From positions 17,112,001 through 17,176,000 of the forward strand of contig OZ024762.1 in the NCBI GenBank assembly GCA_964016885.1: 64,000 nucleotides of DNA, in the 5' to 3' direction. Within the stretch, counting starts at the first letter, position 1. The number at the start of each line of letters is the position of its first letter. This document shows positions 25,225-39,522 of the stretch, piece by piece. The translations under genes were made by a program, and so were the position numbers. The notes beneath the pieces are model-generated. The model had not been told where the DNA came from and did no database searches. It saw nothing but the letters and a program-made list of their open reading frames with translations. This stretch comes from Eledone cirrhosa. Its lineage: Eukaryota.

Positions 25225-25813
25225 ATGGTCAGGTCACGAGTTGGTACTGTAACATTTATCCCAGTACAACCTGTCCCATGGTCGGGTCGTTGGCGACTAA
25301 ACTGGCAACCCCACCAAGGTTTCTTGGTGAGGAGAGTGACTTTGGACATCCTGCAGGACTAAAAACAAAACCTGTCAAAGGGCAAAGGAGCTCTTAAGAG
25401 TCAATGGCCATCCAAAATCACCGGGAGAGATGACCCCTTAGCCTTTGTCAAGGCAGAATTCTAGGAGAAGGAAAACTCTGATATAACACCTGCAACCCTG
25501 ATGGTATCCAATGATGTTGACTTGTTCTTCTTTTTGGTAAATATCATCTCGGTTAAGAGAGTGGGACTGGATTTGTGCAGTGCCTTTGCTCACTATAAAA
25601 GCTTCACGGCACAGGCATTGCTTTATATCTGGAGATCTCTCTGCACTTGTCGTCACATGGTACCATGGGCCCAGCACTATGTGTCAATAATTGTCACAAG
25701 TGTAGTGTTTGTACCAGAGTTTTCAAGTCGCTGGCTGGACTAAAAAGTCACACTCGTTCAGCGCATCGGTAGGGGTTCTCCTACATGGATATAAAGTAGT
25801 GGCCGTACTCGAA
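25225..25813 (+). mobile_element. Non-autonomous retroelement family Q (RTE-like 5' region)
   Basis: Homologues at 32540-32822, 37933-38535 and 38957-39431; CTAGGAGAAGGAAAACTCTGA motif resembles RTE 5' regions; ends GGCAGCCA(C/T)CAT plus microsatellite. Confidence 0.7.
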
Positions 25814-25856
25814 AACGAGTTGGCAGCCACCATATATATGTATATATATGTGTATG

Positions 25857-25920
<64 letters not shown>

Positions 25921-25923
<3 letters not shown>

Positions 25924-26050
25924 GTGGAACACTGGAAGGTAATATCGTAGTGGTAGAGCACTCAGTCCAAGTGACGAGTTAGGTAGAAGTGGTTACACAA
26001 CAGTTAGTTCAACATACCGAGAACAATTGTTTCACCTTCGCGGATCTTCA

Positions 26051-26053
<3 letters not shown>
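25921..26053 (-). mobile_element. PLE-like end with minimal hammerhead core
   Basis: Minus strand CTGAAGA TCC-GCGAA-GGT GAAAC AATT GTT; same core on + at 26804-26833. Confidence 0.7.
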
Positions 26054-26125
<72 letters not shown>

Positions 26126-26426
26126 GTATAGGATTATCCAAGATGTAGTAATGGTTAATTACTACACTGGATATGGTTGACGTACGGTAAGAGGTTACTC
26201 TACGAGTTATGGAAGAATTGTTCAAGAAACTTAGTTCCTGATCCTTCAGTATTCAGGAGTGTATATAAAGAATGAGGAAACAGTGGTCACAGCATTGGAT
26301 ATTCGAGTTCTGCAAGTACTTGTGAATTTGCACGTAGCGTAACTAGGCTGCAGTACCACCGTGGAAACACTTGTAAGCACACGGAATAAATTACCTTTTT
26401 ATGATGTCTACCTGTTATTATTCATT

Positions 26427-26804
<378 letters not shown>

Positions 26805-26848
26805 TGAAGATCCGCGAAGGTGAAACAATTGTTGAAAACATCTTTACG

Positions 26849-26887
<39 letters not shown>

Positions 26888-27047
26888 CACGCCGTAAAGA
26901 TGTTTTCTCTCATCTACACAAACAATGGTAGTATTCCATATATATATCATGAATATTTAGAATTCTATATAAACTTGTATGTTGTATACACTAGAACGTG
27001 TATATATTGTATATGTGTGAATAGCCTGTATGCATATAGGCTTCTGT

Positions 27048-27123
<76 letters not shown>

Positions 27124-27138
27124 CATATATACATATAC

Positions 27139-27264
<126 letters not shown>

Positions 27265-27670
27265 TATAAAGTATGTCCTTAGAATCATTTCATAATATAT
27301 ATACACTATTTCCTCTCCCAATTAGCATAATTAACCACACAAAAAAAAAAATCAATTAGACCAGGCTATAAGATTAAAAGGCATCTATGAAGAAATAGTA
27401 GATAAATAAACGACAGCCATCTATTCGCGATCAACAGCTATAGAATATTTACCCAACATTTCAACACCACGTGGAAATCGATTAAATATACCGTCAACCA
27501 TACACAATTAGGTATAAAATTAAAGTTAGAAGAAAAAATGCATATACACATACCAGGATTACGTTTTTACCCTAGGGTTTCATTCGCTTTTGGAAATATC
27601 TTATTAAGGATAAAATCTCGAGCTTCGAATTCATCAGGAAACAAACTCATTTGGACAAAGGATATATATA

Positions 27671-28974
27671 CAGGGTGGGGCATAATTCCTGTTACAAAGT
27701 TTTAAATCAATTTAAAAATACATTATGCTGCTAATATAACTAATATATTTGTATCAAATCCATGCACTATAACCATATTAACTATTTTTGAGAACATTAC
27801 GCCATTAACAATTTGCAATGTCCATAGAATTGAAAAGAAAGTTTATAATAGTGAAGCATGAAAAAGGCCTGACTCCACCCGAGATATTTAAACTGGGGAA
27901 AATTCTTAAGATCAATAGAATGTTGATCAAAAGGACAATCGATCGATTTAAGGAAACTTCCTCGACCAAAGACAGACCTCAATCCGGACGCCCTCGCACC
28001 TCAAGAAAATCAAAACTCATTAAAAGTGTGAGGGAAAAAATAAAGCATAATCCAAGAAGGTCCATGAGAAAAATGGCAGAAGAAGCAGAAACATCGCCGA
28101 GAACTATGCGGATGATATGTCGAGATGATCTGGGGATGTCACCCTATAAGTTCCAAAAGAGGCAGCTTCTTTCTGCAGCCTCAATTGAAAAGAGGCTCTC
28201 CAGAAGTAAACTGTTATTGAACCGTATCAAGGATGACACGCTGCAAAACATCATCTTTACAGATGAGAAGTTATTCACTGTGCAGCAGTCTCACCATCAT
28301 CAAAATGATGGAGTACTTGCAAAAAGTTTCAAATCAATTCCTTCAAGTGTAGGAAAAGTGTTCAGAACACAGAAACCAGCACCAGTGATGCTTTGGGCAG
28401 CCATTTCTGAAAGAGGGAAGTCTCCTCTGATTTTTGTGCCTCAAGGAGTTAAAATTAACAAAGAACTTTGTATAAAGGATATTTTGGAAGGAGCACTGAT
28501 GCCATGGTGCGTATCTGTTTATGGCGATGACATGTGGACTCTCCAACAAGATGGAGCAACGAGCCACACTGCTCGCGTAACACAATAGTGGTGTAGAGAC
28601 CATTGTCCTGCATGGATCAGTAAGAAGAGTGGCCTCCCACATCACCAGATCTCAACACTCTCAATTTTTCTTTATGGTCAATTCTTGAGAGTGAAGCCTG
28701 CTCTACTCCTAGCCAAAATATTGAAACTCTAAAATCAAAACTGAATAAAGTATTGGGAGAAAATACCCATGGAAACTGTTCGTGCAGCCATCGAAGACTT
28801 TCCTAGAAGTCTTCGAGCAATAGTGAGAGCTAGGGGAAAGCATTTCGAATAAATTTTTGTGCAGTTATTTAATAGTATATTACTTACTATTTGTTGAAGT
28901 CAGATCTTGAAATAAATGTTTTTTTCAAGAACTATTTGCATTTTATTTTGTAACAGTTTTTATGCCCCACCCTG
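27671..28974 (+). mobile_element. Full-length Tc1/mariner DD37D (maT) transposon
   Basis: TA flanks; TIR CAGGGTGGGGCATAA..CTGTTACAAA / TTTGTAACAG..TTATGCCCCACCCTG; 1304 bp. Confidence 0.95.
27818..28852 (+). pseudogene. DD37D transposase, disabled
   Basis: SGRPR, IIFTDEKLF, QQDGATSH, WPPTSPDLNTLNF; 37-residue spacing to the third catalytic position (D to N); stop at 28586-28588 and later frameshifts. Confidence 0.9.
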
Positions 28975-29826
28975 TATAATGAATGGATTTGTAAACATTC
29001 GCTGTTGATGTTTGCGTTTTATGATATGACTGGAGTTGGTAGTAGTTGTTACTCACACATATATATATACACATATACATACATATATACACATATATAC
29101 ACATATATATATACATATATACATACATATATACACATATATATACATATATACATACATATATACACATATATATATACATATATACATACATATATAC
29201 ACATATATATACATATATACATACATATATACACATATATACACATATATACACATATAGATACATACATATATACACATATATACACATATATATATAC
29301 ATATATACATACATATATACACATATATATACATACATATATACACATATATACACATATATACACACATATATATACATACATATATACATACATATAT
29401 ACATACATATATACACACATATACACATATATACATACATAGATACACATATACACACATGCACACGTATACACGCACATACACGTACATTGGCGCATAT
29501 ACACAGACATATACATACACACACAATCGCGTATATATATATACACACGCAAACACTGGGATACACACACACATATACACACATATATGTACACATATAC
29601 ACACACATATACACATAGATGCACACACGTATACACAAACAAACACAGGGATACACACACATATGTACACATATGTACACATATACACAAACATGCACAC
29701 ACATATACACACACACATTCGCTCACACACACACACATAGACACGCTCACACACACACACACACATCTAGAAACACAGCAAGGCATGCATATACATGCAA
29801 ACATTCCCAGATACACATACACGCAA

Positions 29827-29875
<49 letters not shown>

Positions 29876-30795
29876 CAAATACACCACCACCACCAACAAC
29901 AACAGCAACCATACACACAGGTACAACCATACACACACGTTTATATATATATATATATATATACACACTTCCAAACACACTGTACACACCTACAACACAT
30001 TTACACACCTCCACACACACTGAACACATCTACAACACATCTACACACCTCTAAACACACTGAATACATCTACACACCTCCAAATACACTGTACACGTCT
30101 ACAACACATCTACACACCTTCACATCTACACACCTTCAAACACACTGAACACAACACGTAGCTGTGTGTATGTTGTGTCACTACCGTGTGAATGGTCAGT
30201 GTAATTGTATGTAGTGGGTATATATATTATGAACGTGTCTACACAGCAGCCACACGTTTACACACATTAGCAACACAACGTACACATATATATCTACACA
30301 TAGATAAACTCTGCATACACACAATTGCGCAGAGAGAACCACAACACATTTAATTACACACATACACAACACAACATATATCTAAACACAAGACATAGAT
30401 AGACTATACACAGATTTACACATTGTTCACATATTTTACACATGTATGTGTCTACACATGTGCTGCGTATATTTACACACTTCTCAGCCCAAACGTTATA
30501 GAGTTATGAGTTATGGTGACCCCAAGTTTTATATCCAGAGTTTGCTGGACAATCATCGGACGATTGAAAAACATGAAAAACACGCCCCAGCATCATATAT
30601 GGGTTGTTATTGCTTCCTGTCGGCAGTTTCTGGTATTGCATTCTGGGTTTGAAGACATAGAACGGGCCATAACTTGTTATATATTGATATTTAATGATAG
30701 TAATGTATATGTACCAGTCAAGTACCAGTCAAGTATTGGGGTCGATTCTTTCTCTGTATCTCTCTCTCTCTCTATCTCCCGCTCTCTATCTCTAT

Positions 30796-30871
<76 letters not shown>

Positions 30872-31117
30872 TTGTCTTCTTCAGCCTAAATCCCGCCGAG
30901 ATCAACTTTGCCTTTCATCCATTCAAGGTCGACAAAAAAAGTACCAGTCAAGTATTGGGTCGATTCTTCCTTTATATGTCTTTCTCTCTCACACACACAC
31001 AGATTGTCTCCTTCAGTCTCCCGCTGAGATCAACTTTGCCTTTCATCCATTCGAGGTCGATAAAAAAAGTACCAGTGAAGTACTGGGGTCGATTTTCCCT
31101 CTATATCTCTCTCTCAC

Positions 31118-31191
<74 letters not shown>

Positions 31192-31319
31192 TCTCTGGAA
31201 GATATCTACTGTATTCCGACCTGGAGAGGAGATGAGCTCCTCCAGGTTTTAAAATTGTCTTAGAAACGCTGTATTTCAATATGGCGACCATACGACTCCT
31301 CAGAAGTTATGGCTCCAGA

Positions 31320-31636
31320 ACATACCATACTATACCATACCATACTATACCATACTATACTATACTATATCATACCATGCCATACCATACTATACCATAC
31401 CATACTATACTATATCATACCTTACCATACTATACCATACAATACTATACTAAATCATACCATACTATACCATACCATACTATACTATATCATACCATAC
31501 CATACCATACTATACCATACCATACTATACCATACTATACTATACCATACCATACCACACAATACCATACCATACTATATCATACCATACCATACTATAT
31601 CATACCATACCATACTATATCATACCATACCATACC
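31320..31636. repeat. (CATAC/TATAC)n pentanucleotide repeat
   Basis: Direct observation; continues from the SINE tail end. Confidence 0.9.
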
Positions 31637-31920
31637 TATGTATATATCTACTCACAATTAAAGTACGGCTCGTATATAAACATATACACTCAACATAGAC
31701 AGTTTTTTTATGCATACATATTTACACACAAATATTTACTGCATGTATATATAATTTTCTATAAGCAGGTATGTATATATGTAGAGGTGTAGCCATGCAG
31801 TTCTATAGCTGTGCAGCCATGCATGATGGTGTATAAGAGGCTGTTTACTTGCAGATGACTGCATTTTTAATGCATCGATGCATCTCTATCAATCTGCTAT
31901 TACTACATAAGCACAAACCT

Positions 31921-31981
<61 letters not shown>

Positions 31982-32093
31982 AACATCACATACAATCGGG
32001 CATTTATATATTTAGATAGACAATACTAAGTGAGTTAATGTATGAAGACAGGCAGACGATACACGACAAGCTAGTAGAAAAATGATTCAAGAA

Positions 32094-32385
32094 TGTGGAA
32101 ATTTTATAGAAAATAATCGGAAGTGTCGGTATTTTGTAGAAAATAATTGGAGATTGTGGAATTTTGTAGAAAATAATTGAAGATTGTGGAATTTTGTAAA
32201 AAATAATTGAAGATTGTGGAATTTTGTAGAAAATGATTGGAGATTGTGGAATTTTATTGAAAATAATTGGAGATTGTGGAATTTTATAGAAAATGGTTAA
32301 AGATTGTGGAATTTTGTAGAAAATAATTGGAGATTTTGGAATTTTGTATAAAATGGTTAAAGATTGTAGGATTTTATTAGGAAAA
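32094..32385. repeat. 30-bp minisatellite, about 9 copies
   Basis: Unit GAATTTTGTAGAAAATAATTGGAGATTGTG. Confidence 0.9.
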
Positions 32386-32837
32386 TCTCCAGTTAATTCA
32401 CAAGTATTTTTTGAACGTCTGCATTGTGTAATGTTGTGTATTTGCAACAGTTTATGTATGTTTGTTTGTATGCGGAGACATAGAAATAGTCGGTCTGGAC
32501 ACCGGATCGCGCGGTTAAACCACTGGGAGTAAAGGACCTCTAGCCTTTGTCAGGGCATTCTTCTAGGAGAAGGTAACTCAGGAAACTGGGATAACTCTGA
32601 CATAAAACCTGCGGCTCAGTAGTTACCGATGTTGTTGATCTTTTCTTCTTTTCGGGTTATAGCTACTGTCGCTCAGAGAGTGGGATTGGCTCAGTGCACA
32701 GTCTTTCCTCACTTTAAAAAATATCTTTACGCACAGGCATTGCACGATAGAATTAATTAATAATTATTAATAATGGTATATCGTGCAATGGCCATACTCG
32801 ATAACGAGGGGGCAGCCATCATGTATGTATGAATGTG

Positions 32838-32869
<32 letters not shown>

Positions 32870-32911
32870 TGTATGTATGTATGTATGTATGTTGGTAATT
32901 ATGTTTGTATG

Positions 32912-33074
32912 CAGGGCCTCGAAGAGAAATTTTGCAAGGTGGTACAAGACCCCTTTGGGGCCCGAACCAGGCAAAGAGTTTTCTCAAAATGGATGTTACA
33001 TGGTTACCCTGGGGCCTTCTTAGCTTTTGGGCCCCGGAACAAAGTACTGGCTGGACCCCCCCTCAAAGGCCCTG
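32912..33074. mobile_element. Short GC-rich MITE in (TATG)n
   Basis: Termini CAGGGCCT / AGGCCCTG; internal GGGGCCC motifs. Confidence 0.6.
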
Positions 33075-33152
33075 TATGTATATATATATGTATGTATGTA
33101 TATGTATGTATGTATATATGTATGTATATATGTATGTATGTATATATGTATG

Positions 33153-33186
<34 letters not shown>

Positions 33187-33795
33187 TGTATGTATGTATG
33201 TATGTATGTATGTATGTATGTGTGCATGTATGTTTGTATGTATGTATATATATATGTATGTATGTGTATGTTTGTATATATGTATGTATGTTTGTATGTA
33301 TGTATGTGTATGTTTATATATGTGTGTGTGTGTATGTGTTAATGTGTGTGTGTGTGTGTGCATCTATATATGTATATATGTGTGTGTGTGTATGTATGTG
33401 TGTGCATGTATGTATGTGTGTGCATGTATGTATATGTGTGTGTGTGCGTGTATGTATGCATGTATATATATATATGTGTGTGTATGTATGTATGTATACA
33501 TGTATATATATATATATGTGTGTGTGCGTGTGTGTGTGTGTATGTATACATGTATATATATATTAGTCTGAACGTATAGCCATTTCTAGTTAATTCACAA
33601 GAAACGCCATTACAAACTAGTTTCTATTCTTTTCAATTTTTTTATTTATTCATTCTATTAATGGCAGACGACTGCAGCTGAAGAAAATAACTACACAACG
33701 GCTTTCCTTTCCATTTTTACGTGCATGCATAAAAGTGTATAGCCTATATATATCGTACATCTATATAGCGTGCGCCCACACACACACACACACAT

Positions 33796-33843
<48 letters not shown>

Positions 33844-33854
33844 TGTGTATAAAA

Positions 33855-34038
33855 TAATTGTTTCTACTTTAGGCACAAGGCCAGCAATTACCCAGTGCAT
33901 TACTGGTACTTTATTTTATCGACCTCGTAAGGGTGAAAGACAAAGTCAACCTCGGCGGGATTTGAACTCAGATCGTAAAGGGACGTAACTATGCTGTAAA
34001 GCATGGCGTCCGACCCTCTACCGATACTGCCACTCCAC
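33855..34038 (-). mobile_element. SINE family B
   Basis: Nin-domain SINE; further partial copy at 34677-34795. Confidence 0.9.
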
Positions 34039-34284
34039 CAGTGTGTGTATAAAATAATAGTGTGTATATATTGAGAAAAAAATTTGATTGAGAGTGTTGA
34101 ATATCTGCAGAGAAGACCGAATGAGAACCAATGTGACTCCATTGCGATAATCAACAGTTAGATTGAATGGGCGGTATTTGAATGAATATTTAGTGGTTTG
34201 TGAACGAATTTCTAGACTTGAGCGTAAAAGCTTGCAGAGTTGTCACCATTGGTCGATTTGCTTAAGCAGACGTTAAGCAGAAGA

Positions 34285-34562
34285 CAATATATACAACATA
34301 CAACATGCAATATACAACATACAATATAGAACATACAACATATAACATACAATATACAACATACAACATACAATATACAACATACAACATACAATATACA
34401 GCATACAACATACAATATACAACATACAATATACAATATAGAACATAGAACATACAACATACAATATACAACATTCAATATACAATATAGAATATACAAC
34501 ATACAACATACAACATACAATATACAACATGCAATATACAACATACAATATACAATATACAA
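34285..34562. repeat. (CAACATA/CAATATA)n heptamer repeat
   Basis: Direct observation. Confidence 0.9.
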
Positions 34563-34837
34563 CCATTTTCTACCATTCAACCAGTGAAATACTCAAAACC
34601 ATTGAAAAGCCATTTTGAAAAAAGATTTTTCCTTCATGTAAAACATCTTAGAAAAAAACTAGTGTGTTTTTATTATAATTGTTTCTACATTTGGCACAAG
34701 GCCAGCAAATACTCAGTGTATTACTGGTACTTTATTTTATTGACCCCGTAAGGATGAAAGGCAAAGTTAACCTCGGCGAGATTTGAATTCAGAATGATAT
34801 TTTATTATAATGATAGTGAAACTTGGTAATGTTAACG

Positions 34838-34866
34838 TGTAGTAGTAGTAGTAGTGGTAGTGGTAA

Positions 34867-34903
<37 letters not shown>

Positions 34904-35029
34904 TGTAGTTGTTGTAGTAGTAGTGGTGGTGGTAGTAGTAGTGGTAGTAGTAATAGTAGTAGTGGTTGTAGTAGTAGTGGTGGTGGTGGTGGTGGTAGTA
35001 GTAGTAGTAGCAGTAGTAGTAGAGTAGTG

Positions 35030-35060
<31 letters not shown>

Positions 35061-35302
35061 GATTAGTAGTAGTAGTAGTAGTGGTGGTGGCGGTAGTAGT
35101 AGTAGTAGTAGTGGTTGTAGTAGTAGTAGTAGTAGTAGTGGTTGTAGTAGTAGTAGTAGTGGTGGTGGTGGTGGTGGTGGTGGTAGTAGTAGTAGTAGTG
35201 GTAGTAGTGGTGGTGGTGGTAGTGGTAGTAGTAGTAGTAGTGGTTGTAGTAGTAGTAGTAGTAATAGTAGGAGTAGTAGTAGTGGTTGTAGTAGTAGTAG
35301 TA

Positions 35303-35346
<44 letters not shown>

Positions 35347-35409
35347 TGTTGTTGTAGTAGTAGTGGTAGTTGTGGTGGTAGTAGTATTAGTAGTAGTAGT
35401 AGTAGTAGC

Positions 35410-35442
<33 letters not shown>
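34838..35442. repeat. (TAG/TGG)n trinucleotide tract
   Basis: Direct observation. Confidence 0.95.
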
Positions 35443-35443
<1 letters not shown>

Positions 35444-35677
35444 TATGTGTGAGTGTGTATTGTAAGTATGTAGGTAAATGCATGGTGTGCAACTTTGCTA
35501 CATATATATACTTGTGTATGTATATATATATATATACTTGTGTATGTATATATATATATATATATACATATATGTATATACACACACACATATATATATA
35601 TATATATATGTGTGTATATATATATATACATATACGTATATACACACATATATATATAAATATATACATATATATAA

Positions 35678-35764
<87 letters not shown>

Positions 35765-35778
35765 TATATATATATACA

Positions 35779-35824
<46 letters not shown>

Positions 35825-35849
35825 CATACCTACATATATATGTATATAA

Positions 35850-35903
<54 letters not shown>

Positions 35904-35914
35904 ATATATATATG

Positions 35915-35950
<36 letters not shown>

Positions 35951-35977
35951 CATGTATATATATATATGTATATATAT

Positions 35978-36068
<91 letters not shown>

Positions 36069-36089
36069 GGTTATATATATATAAATAGC

Positions 36090-36230
36090 CTCCATTTCAT
36101 TGGCTCCGCCTATCAAACCCCGCCCACTTTACCGCTCACGTGTCGGGCATGAGGCCGAGAAACGAGTCACGTGTCGCAGCACGATTGTCTCTTTTCTCGT
36201 AGCAACAAGATGGAGCCGAGTACTGCGGTG
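36090..36230 (+). promoter_or_regulatory. Putative Pol II core promoter and first exon
   Basis: ATTGG 36099, GC box CCCCGCCC 36118, two CACGTG E-boxes (36137, 36168), GTAGCAAC X-box half site 36199, YY1-like AAGATGG overlapping ATG 36210; CpG-rich patch in an AT-rich region. Confidence 0.6.
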
Positions 36231-36352
36231 GTGGTGATGATGAGGAGGAGGATGGTGGGGGGGGGGATTCTACTAGGATTTGGTGAATGGCGGAGGAGGT
36301 TGATGAATGTGAAAGAGAAAAATAAACATGGCCGCGAAGACGATTATGAATG

Positions 36353-36403
<51 letters not shown>

Positions 36404-36431
36404 AGGAGAGAGGGAGAGAGGAAAAAGATGA

Positions 36432-36475
<44 letters not shown>

Positions 36476-36651
36476 GAGTGAGATGAGGAAAGAGAGAGAG
36501 AGAAAGAGAGAGAGAGAGGAAAAAGATGAGGAAAGAGAGAGAGATAGAGGGAGATGAGGAAAGAGAGAGAGAGAGAGAGAGAGAGAGGAGTGAAATGAGG
36601 AAAGAGAGAGAGGAAACAGTTGAGGAAAGAGAAAGAGAGAGAGAGAGAGAG

Positions 36652-36721
<70 letters not shown>

Positions 36722-36763
36722 TTGCTTGCAATAATAATGTTAGAATTGCTAGCAATAATAATG

Positions 36764-36977
36764 ATTTATTATATAGGAACAAGGCCAGCAATTTTGGGGC
36801 AGGGGGAAGTCGATTAAATCAACCCCAGTGTATTACTGGTACTTTATTTTATCGACCCCGTAAGGATGAAAGCAAAGTTAACCTCGGCGAGATTTGAAAT
36901 CAGATCATAAAGGGCCGTAACTCTATGCTGCAAAGCATGGTGTCTGACCCTCTACCGATACTGCCAATCCATCGCCC
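36764..36977 (-). mobile_element. SINE family B
   Basis: Nin-domain SINE; + copy at 37503-37690. Confidence 0.9.
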
Positions 36978-37750
36978 CTTTGTTGTTGAATGATGATGAT
37001 GGTGATGATGGTGATGGTGGTGATGGTGGTGATGGTGGTGATGGTGATGGTGATGATAATGGTGGTGCTGATGGTGATGATGGTGATGATGGTGATGGTG
37101 GTGATGATGGTGATGGTGGTGATGATGGTGATGGTGGTGATGGTGGTGATGGTGATGATGATGATGGTGGTGTTGGTGATGGTGATGATGATGATGGTGG
37201 TTATGATAATGGATGAAGATGACGGTGATGATGGTGATGATGGTGATGATGGTGATGATAATGAGGATGATGGTGATGATAGTGATGATAATAATAATAG
37301 TTACTCTGGGAATAAATGTAAATAAACAGATAAACACAGAGGCATTTTATAGACCCCTCCCTAAAAAAAAAAACAAGACTTAGAAATGTATACAACAGAA
37401 AGAGGTACTACCCCTGGGGATTGTAGACATATTACATAGAGCATTGGCTCCCTGGGTGGGTTCCGAGGAGCTGTTGTCTGTTCCTCTTCATATCTATCAT
37501 TAGTGGATTGGCAGAATCGGTAGAGGGTCAGACGCCATGCTTTGCAGCATGGAGTTACGGCCCTTTACGGTTTGAGTTGAAATCCAGCCGAGGTTAACTT
37601 TGCCTTTCATCCTTACGGGGTCGATAAAATAAAGTACCAGTAATACATTGGAGTAATTGCTGGCTTTGTGCCCAAAATAGAAACAATTATTATTGAAGCT
37701 ATGTGATAAATACCAACATTCCTAGACCACACATGCAATAACATCCATAC

Positions 37751-37797
<47 letters not shown>

Positions 37798-37932
37798 CAT
37801 ACAGATATACATACATATCTACCTAGTTGATGTGTAAATTCCAATGAGAGAGTCTTGTGTCTATGTTAGAAACCGACTCTCTCTCTATTGGTAAAAATTT
37901 GTGAAATTATAAAACCAGAAGAACATACATAT

Positions 37933-38535
37933 ATGGTGGCTGCCAACTCGTTTTCGAGTACGGCCACTACTTCATATCCATGTAGGAGAACCCCTACTGA
38001 TGCGCTGAACGAGTGTGACTTTTTAGTCCAGCCAGCAACTTGAAAACTCTGGTACAAACACTACACTTGTGACAATTATTGACACATAGTGCTGGGCCCA
38101 TGGTACCATGTGACGACAAGTGCAGAGAGATCTCCAGATATAAAGCAATGCCTGTGCTGTGAAGCTTTTATAGTGAGCAAAGGCACTGCACAAAGCCAGT
38201 CCCACTCTCTTAACCAAGATGATATTTACCAAAAAGAAGAACAAGTCAACATTATTGGATACCATCAGGGTTGCAAGTAACATGTATGGTAACATACTGG
38301 TAACATGTATTCCAGTACAACCTGGCTCATGGTCGGGTCGTTGGCGACTAAACTGGAAATCCCACCAAGGTTTCTTGGTGAGGAGGGTGACTTTGGACAT
38401 CCTGCTGGACTAAAAACAAAATCTGTCAAAGGACAAAAGAGCTCTTAAGAGTCAATGGCCATCCAAAATCACCAGGAGAGATGACCCCTTAGCCTTTGCC
38501 AAGGCAGCATTCATGGAGAAGGAAAACTCTGATAT
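37933..38535 (-). mobile_element. Family Q copy with 5' inversion
   Basis: 37933-38275 is the reverse complement of 25491-25813; 38301-38535 is a direct match to 25250-25484. Confidence 0.85.
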
Positions 38536-38631
38536 GACACATACATACATACATACATACATACATACATACATACATACATACATACATACATACATAC
38601 ATACATACATACATACATACGTACATACGTT

Positions 38632-38935
38632 CAAAGATTAGTGAAAAGGAGAACATTTATGCAGAACTGATGAGAAATCTGCAGATACTCCACCCTGATT
38701 ACACCTTCAGATTTATGCCTGTGATTATTGGGGCACTGGTATATGTTAGTAACTGCCTCAATACAAAATACAAATCTTGAGAAGCTGGGCTTCACAGGAA
38801 CAGAAAGAACACAACTAGTTAGGACACAACTATTTGATGTTGTGTAAATTCCAATGAGAGAGTCTTGTGTCTATGTTAGAAACCGACTATCTTTATTGGG
38901 AAAAAATTTGTGAAATTATAAAACCAGAAGAACAC
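38632..38935 (+). pseudogene. R4/Dong-like 3' fragment in (CATA)n
   Basis: KISEKENIYAELMRNLQILHPDYTFRFMPVIIGAL; 3' UTR duplicated at 37826-37925. Confidence 0.7.
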
Positions 38936-38956
38936 ATACATACATACATACATATA

Positions 38957-39431
38957 TGATGGCTGCCCCCTCGTTATCGAGTATGGCCATTGCACGATAC
39001 ACCATTATTAATAATTATTAATTAATTCTATCGTGCAATGCCTGTGCGTGAAGATATTTTTTAAAGTGAGGAAAGACTGTGCACTGAGCCAATCCCACTC
39101 TCTGAGCGACAGAAGCTGTAACCCGAAAAGAAGAAAAGATCAACATCGTCGGTAACTACTGAGCCGCAGGTTTTATGTCAGAGTTATCCCAGTTTTCTGA
39201 GTTACCTTCTCCTAGAAGAATGCCCTGACAAAGGCTAGGGGTAATCTCTCCCGGTGATTTTGGATGGCCATTGACTCTTAAGAGCTCCTTTGCCCTTTGA
39301 CAGGTTTTGTTTTTAGTCCTGCAGGATGTCCAAAGTCACCTTCCTCACCAAGAAACCTTGGTGGGGTTGCCAGTTTAGTCGCCAACGACCCGACCATGGG
39401 ACAGGTTGTACTGGGATACATGTTACCAGTA
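38957..39431 (-). mobile_element. Family Q copy (second subfamily)
   Basis: Reverse complement matches 32540-32822 and 25245-25470. Confidence 0.8.
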
Positions 39432-39522
39432 GCACATACAGTATATACATACATACATACATACCCGACGTCTGAGCTCTTGCTGTTTCGACTTCATACC
39501 TTTCATTATTATTGGTTTCTTA

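Noticed and set aside
28943-30148. Many YI/HT/CV-rich ORFs here and throughout the window
   Set aside because: Stop-free translations of dinucleotide microsatellites.
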